From Octopus sinensis (lineage: Eukaryota): 64,000 bases of DNA. Both the position numbers and the translations under genes were made by a program. The notes beneath the pieces are model-generated. The model had not been told where the DNA came from, searched no databases, and worked only from the letters and a program-made list of their open reading frames with translations. Each line of letters opens with the position of its first letter. Position 1 is the stretch's first letter. Location: assembly GCF_006345805.1 (NCBI RefSeq), contig NC_043016.1:9858001-9922000 (forward strand), written 5' to 3'. Below are positions 50,946 through 62,985 of this stretch, piece by piece.

Positions 50946-51545
50946 TCTTGTGGAAACTATATCACAAAGGAGATAAATACTTCAATATCAAGATATTAGG
51001 GTAAATAACTGACTGGAAATACAGAATTCAATTGCAGCAACTGTGTTTGCCATTAAATGACAATTTCTATAAGGAACTTTTTGACATATTTACAATTAGT
51101 GAGTTCTTATTCTTTTTCGTTTTCTTCTCTTCGACTGGTAGTTCTTGTCTAGATATCCAAACCTCAACTGACCTGTAGTTCCTTCCTTTACATCTCTAAC
51201 TTGTTAATACATGCCACGCTGCAAACCACGCCGTGACACATGCCACACAACAGGGCTGGACCCAAAACCATGTTACTGTAAAGCATAGGGTTCAGATTTC
51301 TCAGTCTGAGAACCATTGATTTGAGGTATTCCAACTATAACCACCACCATCATCTTCTTTTAGAGCCCATCTTCCATGCTGATTTGACAGGATCCAGTGG
51401 GTCAGACGTCCGCATTATGCTCCAATCATCTGTTTTGGGTAATTAGTTTCTACAGATGGACACCCTCCCTGACATCAACCAGTTTACAGTGTGTAGCGGC
51501 AGCACTAGTAAAGTCACTATGTGGGTTGCAAGACTAAGGTCCCCT

Positions 51546-51751
51546 AGAAACGTTAGCACTCTGGGCGAAATGCGTAGCTGCATTTCGTCTGCTGTTACGT
51601 TGTGAGTTCACATTCCGCCGAGGTTGACTTTGCCTTTCATCCTTTCGGGGTCGATAAATTAATTACCAGTTACGCACTGAAGTCTATGTAATTGACTTAA
51701 TCCCTTTGTCTGTCCCCTCTATGTTTAGCCCCTTGTGTGCAATAAAGAAAT
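51546..51751 (+). mobile_element. SINE family B
   Basis: agaaacgttagcac...gcctttcatcctttcggggtcgataaatt...aataaagaaat. Confidence 0.85.
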
Positions 51752-52524
51752 ATACCTTAAAGAAGGAAGTAGTTTTTAGGCTAGCTGAGGGGTTAAATTA
51801 TGAGAGAACAGGCCTGAACAGAAAAAGGGTTTTTTTCTTTTTCCCCATAAAGAGATTAGAAGAGAGGGTGAGACAGAGTATCCAGAGTGAAACTGGAAAG
51901 TGATAAAGATAAGGGTGATGAGATGTTAGGGTGGTCCTTCAAGTTTAAGAATATTAGTGGGGACAGAACAAGGAATGTGGGTGGGTAGAGGTTACAAGAA
52001 TGAGAGATGATCAGAGATGAGAATGGATGAGGATGTGAATATGATGAACAGGAAACAAGTGTTGAGTGGGTTTAATATAATCAATTATAACTTGACTGTC
52101 ATGTGGTGCTCAAATTTGTTCTTGTAAGTTAGAAATAAATAGCAAAGAGTTGGTAGCTTTGATAACATGACGCAGATGTCCTTTCAACATGTCGGTTAAA
52201 TCTAACCTCTTTTGCTACCAGGCAGAAATCAAAGGTTAAAAATGGAGCCAATTTATGGTGGGTTTTGAGCTTTTCTGTCTGTGTGACTATACAGTTAAAC
52301 ATTCCTCTTTTTGTAACCCATTCATCATCATTATAATGTTGACTTTATCTTGCTTGAATGGGCTGGACAGAGTTTTAAACAGGTTTTTCTACTGTCGGTT
52401 CCGCTTTCTGTTACCAACCTTTATCGGTTTCCATGCAAGGTAATATTTCCCCATGGCCAAACATATTTTTATTTGTATGGAAACAAATGACAGTGACATA
52501 ATTTTGCAACTATCATGTGGTATC

Positions 52525-53110
52525 AAGGCGGCGAGCTTGCAGAATCGTTAGCACGCCGGGCGAAATGCTTAGCGGTATTTCGTCTGCCGCTACGTTCTGA
52601 GTTCAAATTCTGCCGAGGTCGAATTTGCCTTTCATCCTTTCGGGATCGATTAAATAAGTACCAGTTACGCACTGGGATTGATGTAATTTACTTAATCCAT
52701 TTGTCCTCTCTGTGTTTAACCCCTTGTGGGTAGTAAAGAAATAGGTATTTCGTCTGCCGCTACGTTCTGAGTTCAAATTCCACCGAGGTCGACTTTGCCA
52801 TTCATCCTTTCGAGGTCGATTAAATAAGTACCAGTTACGCACTGGGGTCGATATAATCGACTTGATCTGTTTGACCTTGTTTGTCCTCTCTGTGTTTACC
52901 CCCTTGTGGGTAGTAAAGAAATAGGTATTTCGTCTGACGTTACGTTCTGAGTTCAAATTCCTCCGAGGTCAACTTGCCCTTTCATCTTCCGGGGGTCGAT
53001 TAAATAAGTACCAGTTATGCACTGGGGTCGATATAATCAACTTAATCCGTTGTCTATCCTGTTTGGTCCTCTCTGTGTTTAGCCCCTTGCGGGGTAGTAA
53101 AGAAATAGGT
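52525..53110 (+). mobile_element. Head-to-tail trimer of SINE B
   Basis: Full head aaggcggcgagc, then three bodies joined by gtaaagaaataggtatttcgtctg. Confidence 0.9.
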
Positions 53111-53199
53111 ATCAAGACAAGGAAACCAACATATACACTCACTCCTATATACATACATTACATCAAAACAGGCTGGGAAAATTGGTCTATTTTTCATGA

Positions 53200-54178
53200 G
53201 AACACAGTTTGGATTATTCCTTCTATATTATTATTATTATTTGCATCATTATTATTACTATTCTTTTTATTAATATTTTTAATGTCACAGTTACGTAAAC
53301 TAGTAGGACCATTTCTCTTACTGCTATCAGGATTTCTCTTGAGGTTTATATAACTATAAAACTTATTGTCAGTATTATTATGTGCTTGGTTAAGCTTTCT
53401 ATTATTAGATTTATGGATATAATATACTAAATTATGCAATGCTGAATAAAACAACTTCTCTAAATCAAATAAATATGACAAAATTTTTAATACACATGGT
53501 GAAGTGTTTATCTAATACAGTGAAAAAAAAAATCAAGTTTAGAGCATATGTGTAGCCTAAATACAGGATTATACCACAATATACTCGTTTTATTGGAATT
53601 ATATTATTAGGTTGATTATTACGGTCATGATTTAAACACTGACAAAGGGAATTCCCATTAGATTCATTATTTATCTTAATTATACTCCTAGTTCTGTATG
53701 TAGTACATTTATCTTATTTTATACTCCTAGTTCTATACGTAATACATTTATCTTATTTATACTCCTAGTTCTGTATGTAGTACCATTATTCCTATTTTCT
53801 GAAGACCAGTTAAAGTATTCCTTTTCTGTAGAGTTTATAATACTGCTTCCAGTTTTCTAATATTCCCTATTCTGCTTCCTATTGTATGGTTCTGTGGTGT
53901 TATTATTACAATTATCCACTATGCTATTATTAGACTTGTACTTGAGTCTTTCAATACATCCAGCTTTTGCAAGTGCTATTTAATGAAATTCTGGTGAATT
54001 ATCTTTTCATTAGCTGATGAACATGATATCCTATATGATATATTATTATTGCATTAAAAATTTAGTATGGATGATTAATTTTATTCACGTCCATATCAAG
54101 TTTTTATTGGGTTTATGGTATGGTTCGTACAAGTTAGTATTTAAGTTAAGCATTACTTCTAGAATATTAGCCACAGTA
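53200..54178 (-). pseudogene. Penelope-like retroelement RT C-terminus/linker relic
   Basis: Minus-strand translation TVANILEVMLNLNTNLYEPYHKPNKNL (cf. NFLDVTLNL..YxPYRKPN), RISCSSANEKI, ALAKAGCIERLKY, SILWYNPVF (cf. IIWFNPPF), LDKHF, YSALHNL (cf. YSCMPN); many stops and frameshifts. Confidence 0.8.
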
Positions 54179-54973
54179 ATTACAGAGCCATCTTAGTAGC
54201 TTTATAGGTCCTGTTGTATTTATTTACTGACGGAATGCCACAGCATTTGTAGGTCAGAATTGGGTTCCTGGGCAACTGCCCACTGTACCCATCCCTTAAG
54301 ACAGCCCTGGGTAATTATTTCCTAGTATTAAAAGTCTTAAGTTTTTTTAAAAATTTAAATAATTTTTTTCCCTACTTTCAACTTTGCTATAGTTATCTAA
54401 TATGAAGTGTCATCCCTATATAGACTCTCCCTCCCACCTTAACTCTGGAAACCAGAAATCCATCAGGAAAAGAATATTCTGACTAGGTTCATGACCTGTG
54501 CCAAGTCACAGGACCCCGTTGTTATATCAAAATTATCTATTGTTTATTGAAGAAAAAGAATTAGAGAATAGACATAACAATAACCTCTAATGTATCTGGC
54601 CATAAGGAAAGTTGAATTTTAGAATAGGTTTGTTACAGGGAGGTAAACACACCAACACCCATTGTCAAGTGGTGGTGGGGACACACATACACACATATGT
54701 GACAGTCTTTCAGTTTTCATCTATCAAATTCACACAAGACTGGCTGGCCTGTGGCTATAGTAGAAGACACTTGCCTAAGGTGCCATATAGTGGGACTGAA
54801 CCTGGAACCATGTTGCCATGCCTATTATTTATTTTCCTTAATTCTTTTGTTCTCGTCATTCACCCTATTTCTTGAATTTGTGGTTTATGATGTAAGGGTG
54901 TTCGTTTATTTTATTAACTGTGTAATTAATGAAATGATTATATCATCGTCAATGTAAGGTATATATACTAAGG

Positions 54974-55269
54974 CAGTGTTTCTCAACCTTGTTTACCCTT
55001 CCATAACTCTTAAAATAAATTACACGTCTCAAGGAACCCCTGCACAAAAAAAGTTATATTCCATACCTTTCTCATATTTTTTTCATCATAGTTCACATGG
55101 TAAATGTGTGTGTGTGTGTGTGTATGTACGGTTATCTTTTTTTTAGATAAGATGATGTCTATATCACAATAACCAATAATATGTTGTGCATATATAGTAA
55201 TATTATGATCATGAAATTAGCATTAGCTTATCTCACTCTTTCTTGCAGAACCCTGCTTGAAAAACACTG
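54974..55269. mobile_element. hAT/Charlie-like MITE
   Basis: cagtgtttctcaacc ... gcttgaaaaacactg; flanks tactaagg / ttctaaac. Confidence 0.65.
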
Positions 55270-55454
55270 TTCTAAACTCTTTGTATATATAGCTGAAGAA
55301 TCAACACTTGCCAATATTGCTGAAATAATACTGATACAGTGTGTTAATTCAGATATTATATATTTCAGTAGTGATCTGGTAAAGTTGTGATGAAACAATT
55401 GTAGTATTATGCAATAAAATGTGCTGCTCAAACCATTCTCTTAATAGTTTACTC

Positions 55455-56100
55455 ACATAGGAGTGGCTGTGTGGTAAGTAGCTTGCTTATGAACCTAATT
55501 CTTTACTACCCACAAGGGGCTAAACACAGAGGAGAAACAAGGACAAACGGATTAAGTCGATTATATCGACCCCAGTGCGTAACTGGTACTTATTTAATTG
55601 ACCCCGAAAGGATGAAAGGCAAAGTCGACCGTGGCAGAATTTGAACCCAGAACATAACGGCAGACGAAATACTGCTAAGCATTTCGTCCGGCATGCTAAC
55701 GTTTCTGCCAGCTCGCCGCCTTATGAACCACATGGTTCCAGGTTCAGTCCCACTGCATGGTACCTTGGGCAAGTGTCTTCTACTATAGCCTCTGGCCGAC
55801 CAAAACCTTCAGTGAATTTGGTAGACGGAAACTGAAAGAAGCTTGTCGTGTGTTTATATATTTATATATATATATATACACATATATATATAATAATGTG
55901 TGTGTGTGTGTGCATATGTTTGTGTGTCTGTGTGTGTGTTTGTCCCCCCCCCAACATTGCTTGACAATCAATGCTGGTGTGTTTACGTCCCCGTAACTTA
56001 GCGGTTCGGCAAAAGAGACCGATAGAATAAGTACTAGGCTTACAGAGAATAAGTTCTGGGGTCGATTTGCAGTCAAATGACAGAAACAAGTAAAAGAGTA
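55455..56100 (+). mobile_element. SINE A split by an antisense SINE B (about 55496-55719)
   Basis: TSD cttatgaacc at 55486-55495 and 55720-55729, inside the SINE A head. Confidence 0.88.
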
Positions 56101-56388
56101 CATATACACACAAACATGAGACTTCTTTCAGTTTCTGTCTACCAATCCACTCTTAAGGTTTTGGTTGGCCTAAGGCTCTAGCAAAATACACTTGGCAAAA
56201 GTGCCACGCAATGGGATTAAACCCAGAACCATGTGATTAGGAAACAAACTTCTTAACCACAAAGCCGTTCATTCCTTTGCCTTTATAATCTTTGTAATCC
56301 ATTCTTTTCTATATAGATTGCCGAAATCTCGGGTTCAAATGAAATTTGGTAATGAAGCTATAAAGTCTGTTATGCACTTTATAAAGTA

Positions 56389-56782
56389 CTAGCAGTATCG
56401 CCTGGCGTTGCTCGGGTTTGTAAGCGAAATAACTATATAAGCATTTTTAGAGATGTAAAGTATAATAGCCATCTCAATATGGCTAACCACAAAGGGGGGG
56501 GGTGTTACTGTGGCTTTTTACGTTCTGAGATTTAATAATACATTTTTAGAGAGTTACTTCCCTTATATAATAGCAAAAAAATGCATTAAAAATGGGGGAA
56601 AATGATAAATTTTTTTAAAATCGTAGACTCATCGTAGACGCGCGCTAATACCCAGAAGGGCTCGATATGAATCACAACTATAAGATACCTGCTTTTGGTT
56701 AAACTGCACCGCAAAATGTGGGAGTAGTTAGGAATCTAAATCGTAGGAGACAGACACACAACTTCACTTTTATATATAAAGA
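56389..56782 (-). mobile_element. Non-autonomous Helitron
   Basis: Minus strand A|TCtttatatataaaagtgaagttg ... cccgagcaacgccaggcgatactgCTAG|T: 5' TC, subterminal GC-rich imperfect hairpin, 3' CTAG, AT target, no TSD. Confidence 0.85.
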
Positions 56783-57077
56783 TTTGTATTGCCATGGCTA
56801 ACCTGTTTATCTTTCTATCAATCTGACAATCTGTCTGACTGTCTGACTATTTGTTTTTTTTTTGTCTGTCTGTTGCTCTGTCTTTGTATTTCTATGGTTA
56901 TGTCTGTCTGTCCATCTGTTGGTCTGCCCACCTGTCTTATCTATCTACCTATCTATCTATCTTTCATTGTAATATTATTCCAGGCTGTGAAGTTCAAAAA
57001 GAACCTATGTCCGGCCACTTAAGTACTTAAACATAAAGCTGAAGAGAATATATATTTTGTCGAAATAATAATGATGA

Positions 57078-57672
57078 ATTTCTCTCTCTCTCTCTATCTC
57101 TCTCTCTCCATCTCTCTATCTCTCTCTCTCCATCTCTCCATTTCTCTCTCTCTCTCTCCATTTCTCTCTCTCTCTCTCCATTTCTCTCTCTCTCTCCACA
57201 TTCTCTTCTCTCTCTCTCTCCATTTCTCTCTCTCTCTCTCCATTTCTCTCTCTCCTCCATTTCTCTCTCTCTCTCTCCATTTCTCTCTCTCTCTCCATTT
57301 CTCTCTCTCTCTCCATTTCTCTCTCTCTCTCCATTTCTCTCTCTCTCTCTCCATTTCTCTCTCCCTCTCCATCTCTCTCTCTCTTCATCTCTCTCTTCAT
57401 CTCTCTCTCTTCATCTCTCTCTCTCTCTCTCTCCATTTCTCTCTCTCCATTTCTCTCTCTCTCTCCATTTCTCTCTCTCTCTTTCTCTCTCTCTCCATTT
57501 CTCTCTCTCTCCATTCTCTCTCTCTCCATTTCTCTCTCTCTCCATTTCTCTCTCTCTCCATTTCTCTCCCTCTTCATTTCTCTCTCTCTTCATCTCTTCA
57601 TCTCCCCCTCTCTCTCTCTCTCCCCATCTCCCTCTCTCTCTCTCCCCATCTCTCCATCTCTCTCTCTCCTCC
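57078..57672. repeat. (CT)n/CCATTT compound microsatellite
   Basis: Seen directly. Confidence 0.95.
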
Positions 57673-58443
57673 CCCATCACTAAAGGAACATCTGTGGCTC
57701 TGGCTTGGTTGCAATTGCATCCTTTGGCTGGTCTGGTTTGTGTGTTTTTCTTAATGTTATTTTAGAACAAGTTTTACGTTCTAAATTAACCATAAATTTT
57801 TATATCAAAATTAATCAATTCATTTTCTATGTATTATATAAGCTTTTTTTTTCTTTTCCTTTTGAAATTAAAAATACTTTTTTCAATATCTAGAATGAAT
57901 CATTTTGTAGTACAGATTTGTGTCGATGTGTGTATATATAATATATATGAATTCAGTTATCATTTATGAGCACATGTGCACACATAAATAAAAACATATA
58001 TACTTTGATATAACTCAGTATACTTTACCGGATAAAAACCTTATTCTGTCAGGCAGCTGACTGCATCTGTGGGATTTCAAACTCATGTGGTAATCACATG
58101 ACTTTAATGATAATTTTTTTCAGAATGCTCCTGTCATATTTTACACATGTTGTGTACATAAGGCTTCCTCAAGGCACTAACTTTACTTTGATGAAGGTTA
58201 CACAGGAAACATGAGGTCCTCTAAATAATCCGAAGGGTTTTCAGTGTCAAATAGATGTATGCATGCATGTGTGTTCATGTTTGTAGTGTGTATGCATGCA
58301 TGCATTTGTATGCGTATGAACAAATGTCTATATGTAGTCGTGTGCATGTGCTAATGTATGTTTTGGTGGATGCATGTGTGCATGTCTCTGTGTCTGTTTT
58401 TGTGGTTAAGAAGTTCACTTCTCAAACACAAAGTTTGGGGTTC

Positions 58444-58543
58444 NNNNNNNNNNNNNNNNNNNNNNNNNNNNNNNNNNNNNNNNNNNNNNNNNNNNNNNNN
58501 NNNNNNNNNNNNNNNNNNNNNNNNNNNNNNNNNNNNNNNNNNN
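58444..58543. other. Assembly gap (100 N)
   Basis: Run of N. Confidence 1.
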
Positions 58544-59400
58544 TTCTCTCTCTCTTCATCTCTTCATCTCCCCCTCTCTCTCTCCTCCCCATCTCCCTCT
58601 CTCTCTCCCCATCTCCTCCATCTCTCTCTCTCTCCCCCATCACTAAAGGAACATCTGTGGCTGGCTTGGTTGCAATTGCATCCTTTGGTGGTCTGGTTTG
58701 TGTGTTTTTCTTAATGTTATTTTAGAACAAGTTTTACGTTTAAATTAACCATAAATTTTTATATCCAAAATTAATCAATCATTTTCTATGTATTATATAA
58801 GCTTTTTTTTTCTTTCCTTTGAAATTAAAAATATTTTTTCAATATCTAGAATGAATCATTTTTAGTACAGATTTGTGTCGATTTGTGTGTATATATAATA
58901 TATATGAATTCAGTTATCATTTATGAGCACATGTGCACACATAAATAAAAAAATAATACTTTGATATAACTCAGTATACTTTACCGGATAAAAACCTTAT
59001 TCTGTCAGGCAGCTGACTGCATCTGTGGGTTCAAACTCATGTGGTAATCACATGACTTTAATGATAATTTTTTTCAGAATGCTCCTGTCATATTTTACAC
59101 ATGTTGTGTAATAAGGCTTCCTCAAGGCACTAACTTTACTTTGATGAAGGTTACACAGGAAACATGAGGTCCTCTAAATAATCCAGAAGGGTTTTCAGTG
59201 TCAAATATGATGTATGCATGCATGTGTGTTCATGTTTGTATGTGTGTATGCATGCATGCATTTGTATGCGTATGAACAAATGTCTATATGTAGTCGTGTG
59301 CATGTGCATACATGTATGTTTGGTGGATGCATGTGTGCATGTCTCTGTGTCTGTTTTTGTGGTTAAGAAGTTCACTTCTCAAACACAAAGTTTGGGGGTT
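58544..59400 (+). repeat. Near-identical copy of about 57580-58443 across the gap (likely false duplication)
   Basis: Same sequence on both sides of the gap, differing mostly by 1-2 nt indels. Confidence 0.9.
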
Positions 59401-59444
59401 CAGTTCCATTGCATTGCACTTTGGGCAATATCTTCTGCTGTGGC

Positions 59445-59715
59445 CTCAGGCCTAGTGGTTAGAGCATCAAGCTCACAATCATGAAGTAGTGAGTTTGATT
59501 TCCTGACCAGGCTTTGCGTTGTGTTCTTGAGCAAGACACTTTATTTCATGTCGCTCCAGTTCAATCAGCTGTAGAAATGGGTTGCAACGTCACAGGTGCC
59601 AAGCTGTATCAGTCTTTGCCTTTCCCTTGGATAACATTGGTGGCATGGAGAGGAGGAGGTTGGTATGCATGGGCAACTGCTGGTCTTCCATAAATAACCT
59701 TGTTTGGACTTGTGA
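59445..59715 (+). mobile_element. SINE family D
   Basis: ggcctagtggttagagc...gagtttgatttcc...ttgtgttcttgagcaagacactttattt. Confidence 0.75.
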
Positions 59716-59750
59716 GTAGATTTGTTATATAAATAACCAACTTCTTTGAA

Positions 59751-60090
59751 TCTCTCTCTATATAAAGCTGAAGTTGTCTGTGTATGGCAGGTTTGGTAGC
59801 TGTCAACTAACACTATCTCCTCCGAGACCCTGCGGTGCAAGATGACCAAAATTGAGAGTATGATAGAAGGCGGGTTGCTCTTCCTTCTGTAAAAGAAAAA
59901 ATTCAAATCGGACCATGTTAACACCAAAAATTATTTACATCAAAAAGGTGTTTTTTTTCTATGAAAATCCCTTTTTTTTTTTTACGATTGTTTGACTGCT
60001 CTGTCATCATTTTGCGGTGTAATTCAACCAGAAATATGTTCACTTAAAGAGAATAACAAGCTACATAATGCAGGGCTATCCTACTGCTAG
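59751..60090 (+). mobile_element. Non-autonomous Helitron
   Basis: A|TCtctctctatataaagctgaagttgtctgtg ... tactgCTAG|T; 5' end shared with the element at 56389-56782. Confidence 0.78.
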
Positions 60091-60494
60091 TTTTTCTCTA
60101 TATATCTGTGTGTGTGTGTGTGTGTGTGAGTGCATATGTGTTTACATCTCCTTGTCTTGATCTCTAGTGATAGTTGTAAAATGATTGTCACTGTCATACA
60201 GTTAGTGTCGTCTATTTCTGATATTCTGTCAGAACACATCTCACCATGGGGGCAAATATTACTTTACTTGGAAACAGGTAAGGTTGAAAAATCTGCTCCA
60301 ATAAACTGTGCCCAACGTATGCTAGCGTGGAAAAGTGGTCATTAAAATGATAATGAGGTAATTTTAGTGACAGAAAGTGCAACTGGTTGTGAAACAATGC
60401 CTCAGTTTGTTTTTTCTTTGCTTTAACCAATTCATATAAAATCAATAAGTGTGTGTTTGTTCATGTTGGAATTGTACTTTGTTTTAAATTCAAA

Positions 60495-60868
60495 AACTCT
60501 GCTCAGGAAGAGGTAGACCCAGGAAGACATGGATCAAGGTGATGAAGCATGATCTTTAGACGTTGAGCCTCATGGAGGCAATGACGAGTGATCGAGACTT
60601 TTGGTTATTCGCTATTCTTGAGAAGGCACATCAAACCAAGTGAAATTGTAGTCGTGTAATAGACCAGTGCCGTGTAGCTGGCACCTGTGCCAGTGACACG
60701 TGTAAAAGGTTCCCACTACACAGTTGGAGTGTTTAGCACTAGGAAGGGCATTCAGCCATAGAAACCAAGCCAAAATCACACTGGAGCCTGGTACAGCTCC
60801 CTGGCTTACCAGTTCTCAGTCAAGCCATCTAACCCATGCCAGCATGGAAAGCAGACGTTAAATGATGA
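60495..60868 (+). mobile_element. RTE LINE 3' end (ORF C-terminus, UTR and GAT tail)
   Basis: SGRGRPRKTWIKVMKHDL*TLSLMEAMTSDRDFW, then aggaagggcattcagcc...gacgttaaatgatga. Confidence 0.8.
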
Positions 60869-61689
60869 CTTTCAGCTTCTATATACTTACAATTAGCTCG
60901 TGGAGCTTTGGTCAGTCTGGGGCTATGGTAGAAGACAATTACCCAAGATACCACACAGTGGGACTGAACCCAGAACCATGTGGTCCAGGAAGCAGTTTTT
61001 ACTGCACTACCACAACATACTTCTTGAGTGATGTAAATTATGCACTCAGAGAAACAGTGAGAGAAAGAGAGGGAAAGAGTGAGAGAGAAAGAGAGATCAA
61101 ATGAAACTATTGCAGAGTTGTAGTTTTTGCATTTCTTTCATAATTTTTTTTGGTTTTTGTGTCTGATTTCCAATTCTTTGTCAGATTTATCAGATTCACA
61201 ACTTTGAATTGTGTTCCTAGAAGAAACAAATGAACATTTTGTCTGGTTTTTTCTTTTGACCATCTCAGAATCCATTTTGTTAACTTTTTTTCTGTTCGTC
61301 TGTTTTCACTTATCCTCTGCTTACGTCCAGTCCACTTCTATTTTAGTAATTTTAGAGATGGCTGCGGATAGATGCAAGTGTGGCTATGTGGTAAGGAATT
61401 TGCTTCCCAACTGTATGGTCCTAGGTTCAGCCTTACTGCATGGCACTGTAGACAAGTGTTTTCTACTATAGCTGCCAGCTGACCTAAGCTTTGTGAGGGG
61501 AATTTGTTGATGGAAACTGAGTGAAGCTTCTATGTTTGTGATTCTTTCCTACCACTGCTTGACAACTGATGTTTGAGTGTTTAAGCCTTCATAACTTAGC
61601 AGCTTGGTAGAAGAGACCAATAAAATAAGTACCAAGCTTATATATATTTATGTACACCATACAATATCACAATAATATAATGTATTTAA

Positions 61690-61827
61690 TCATCATCATT
61701 TAACATCCGTTTTCCGTGCTAGCATGGGTTGGACGGTTCGACCAGGGTCTGGGAAGCCAGGAGGCTGCACCAGACTCCAGTCTGATCTGGCAGTGTTTCT
61801 ACAGCTGGATGCCCTTCCTAACGCCAA
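61690..61827 (-). mobile_element. RTE-type 3' tail element (family C)
   Basis: catcatcatttaacatccg...ggatgcccttcctaacgcc. Confidence 0.75.
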
Positions 61828-61886
61828 TATACCTTGATATTAATATAATATAGGTGGTTGTAGCAATTAAAACTTAGAAGATAAAA

Positions 61887-62516
61887 ATTAATAAATGACG
61901 GTGCAAAATAGCATCTGCAATTGCTAGAAATGAGAGCCAAAATTTAACTTGGACAACCACACAAAAAACCTCATGAAATATTCAGTACTGCAAGCAGCTA
62001 GCCACAACATCTTCCATTGGTGAGATAAACTCACAGAATGAAGCAGTTTGATAAAATATTATCACATGATTTTGAAATTTGATCAACAGGATCTTGTTTC
62101 TCATCAGATGTTTCTACAATTCCTCTGGGTGAAAGAAATAGCCTGCTTCCCATTTGTTCATGAATAAAAAAAAAAATTTTTTAAAAACTGAAAACTTGAA
62201 AAGCAAGCACTAAAATTCAAAGTGGTTAAAGTGGATATACAATAAGATATTAAAGTGCTCGCTTTTCAATGGGTTTTCTTCTCATGAATGAATGGGAGAT
62301 GGGCTATCTCTTTAATCTGGAGTAATTGTAGATACATCTGAGAAACAAGATCCTGAGGATCAAATTTTGAAATCACATGATAACGTTTTATCAAACTACT
62401 CCATTCTGCGAGTATATCTTGCCGATGAAGTTAGTACTTTTGTGTAGCTGTTTGATTTAAATTTTAGCTTCATTTCTAGCACTTATAGGTGCTATTTTGC
62501 AGCCTAATTTATTAAT
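61887..62516. mobile_element. Foldback/long-TIR element (about 630-bp imperfect palindrome)
   Basis: Arms pair throughout: attaataaat..tgcaaaatagca..gctagaaatga / tcatttctagc..tgctattttgca..atttattaat; caggatcttgtttctca / tgagaaacaagatcctg; ttgaaaagcaagcact / agtgctcgcttttcaa. Confidence 0.85.
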
Positions 62517-62784
62517 AAATGTGTATATGTATGTATGTATGTATATATATATATATATATTATATATAATATATATATATATATATATATTATATACACC
62601 AATTAAGGACTGAACACGAAAAGTGGACAGTCAACATGCTAGATATAGACGTCAAATCGCCATTCTCTACAAAAGATTATGTTCTCAGATCAAACTCACA
62701 CCAACCCAAGCAAAAACAAGTGAAAATATACGAAAACAATACTTATCCATGTACTGAATCAGTTCGACTAATATAATATATATA

Positions 62785-62814
<30 letters not shown>

Positions 62815-62820
<6 letters not shown>

Positions 62821-62985
62821 AAAGTTTATGAAAATAAACAAAAGACGAAGGCAGTTGGAGTACAAACAAACAAATGTATTAGTATAGTGCTTAGAAATAG
62901 AAAGTCTTCTACGTTTCGAGCCTACGCTCTTCGACAGAAAGATACACAGAAAAAAACAGAGAGAAAAAATGCGTGTAGGAGCTAA
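62815..62985 (-). mobile_element. Short PLE-type element with a hammerhead-like motif (copy of 9133-9320)
   Basis: Minus strand tctttCTGTCGAaGAGCgtagGCTCGAAACGTAgaaga at 62905-62942; abuts (TA)n. Confidence 0.7.

Noticed and set aside
50670-51060. Diverged duplicate segments ggaaactat...gagataaata...gac(c/t)(a/g)gaaatac
   Set aside because: Short, old local duplication with no coding or structural signal I can support.
57027-57754. ERE/LSL-rich ORFs (also 7572-8165 and 18129-18662)
   Set aside because: Simple-repeat translations.
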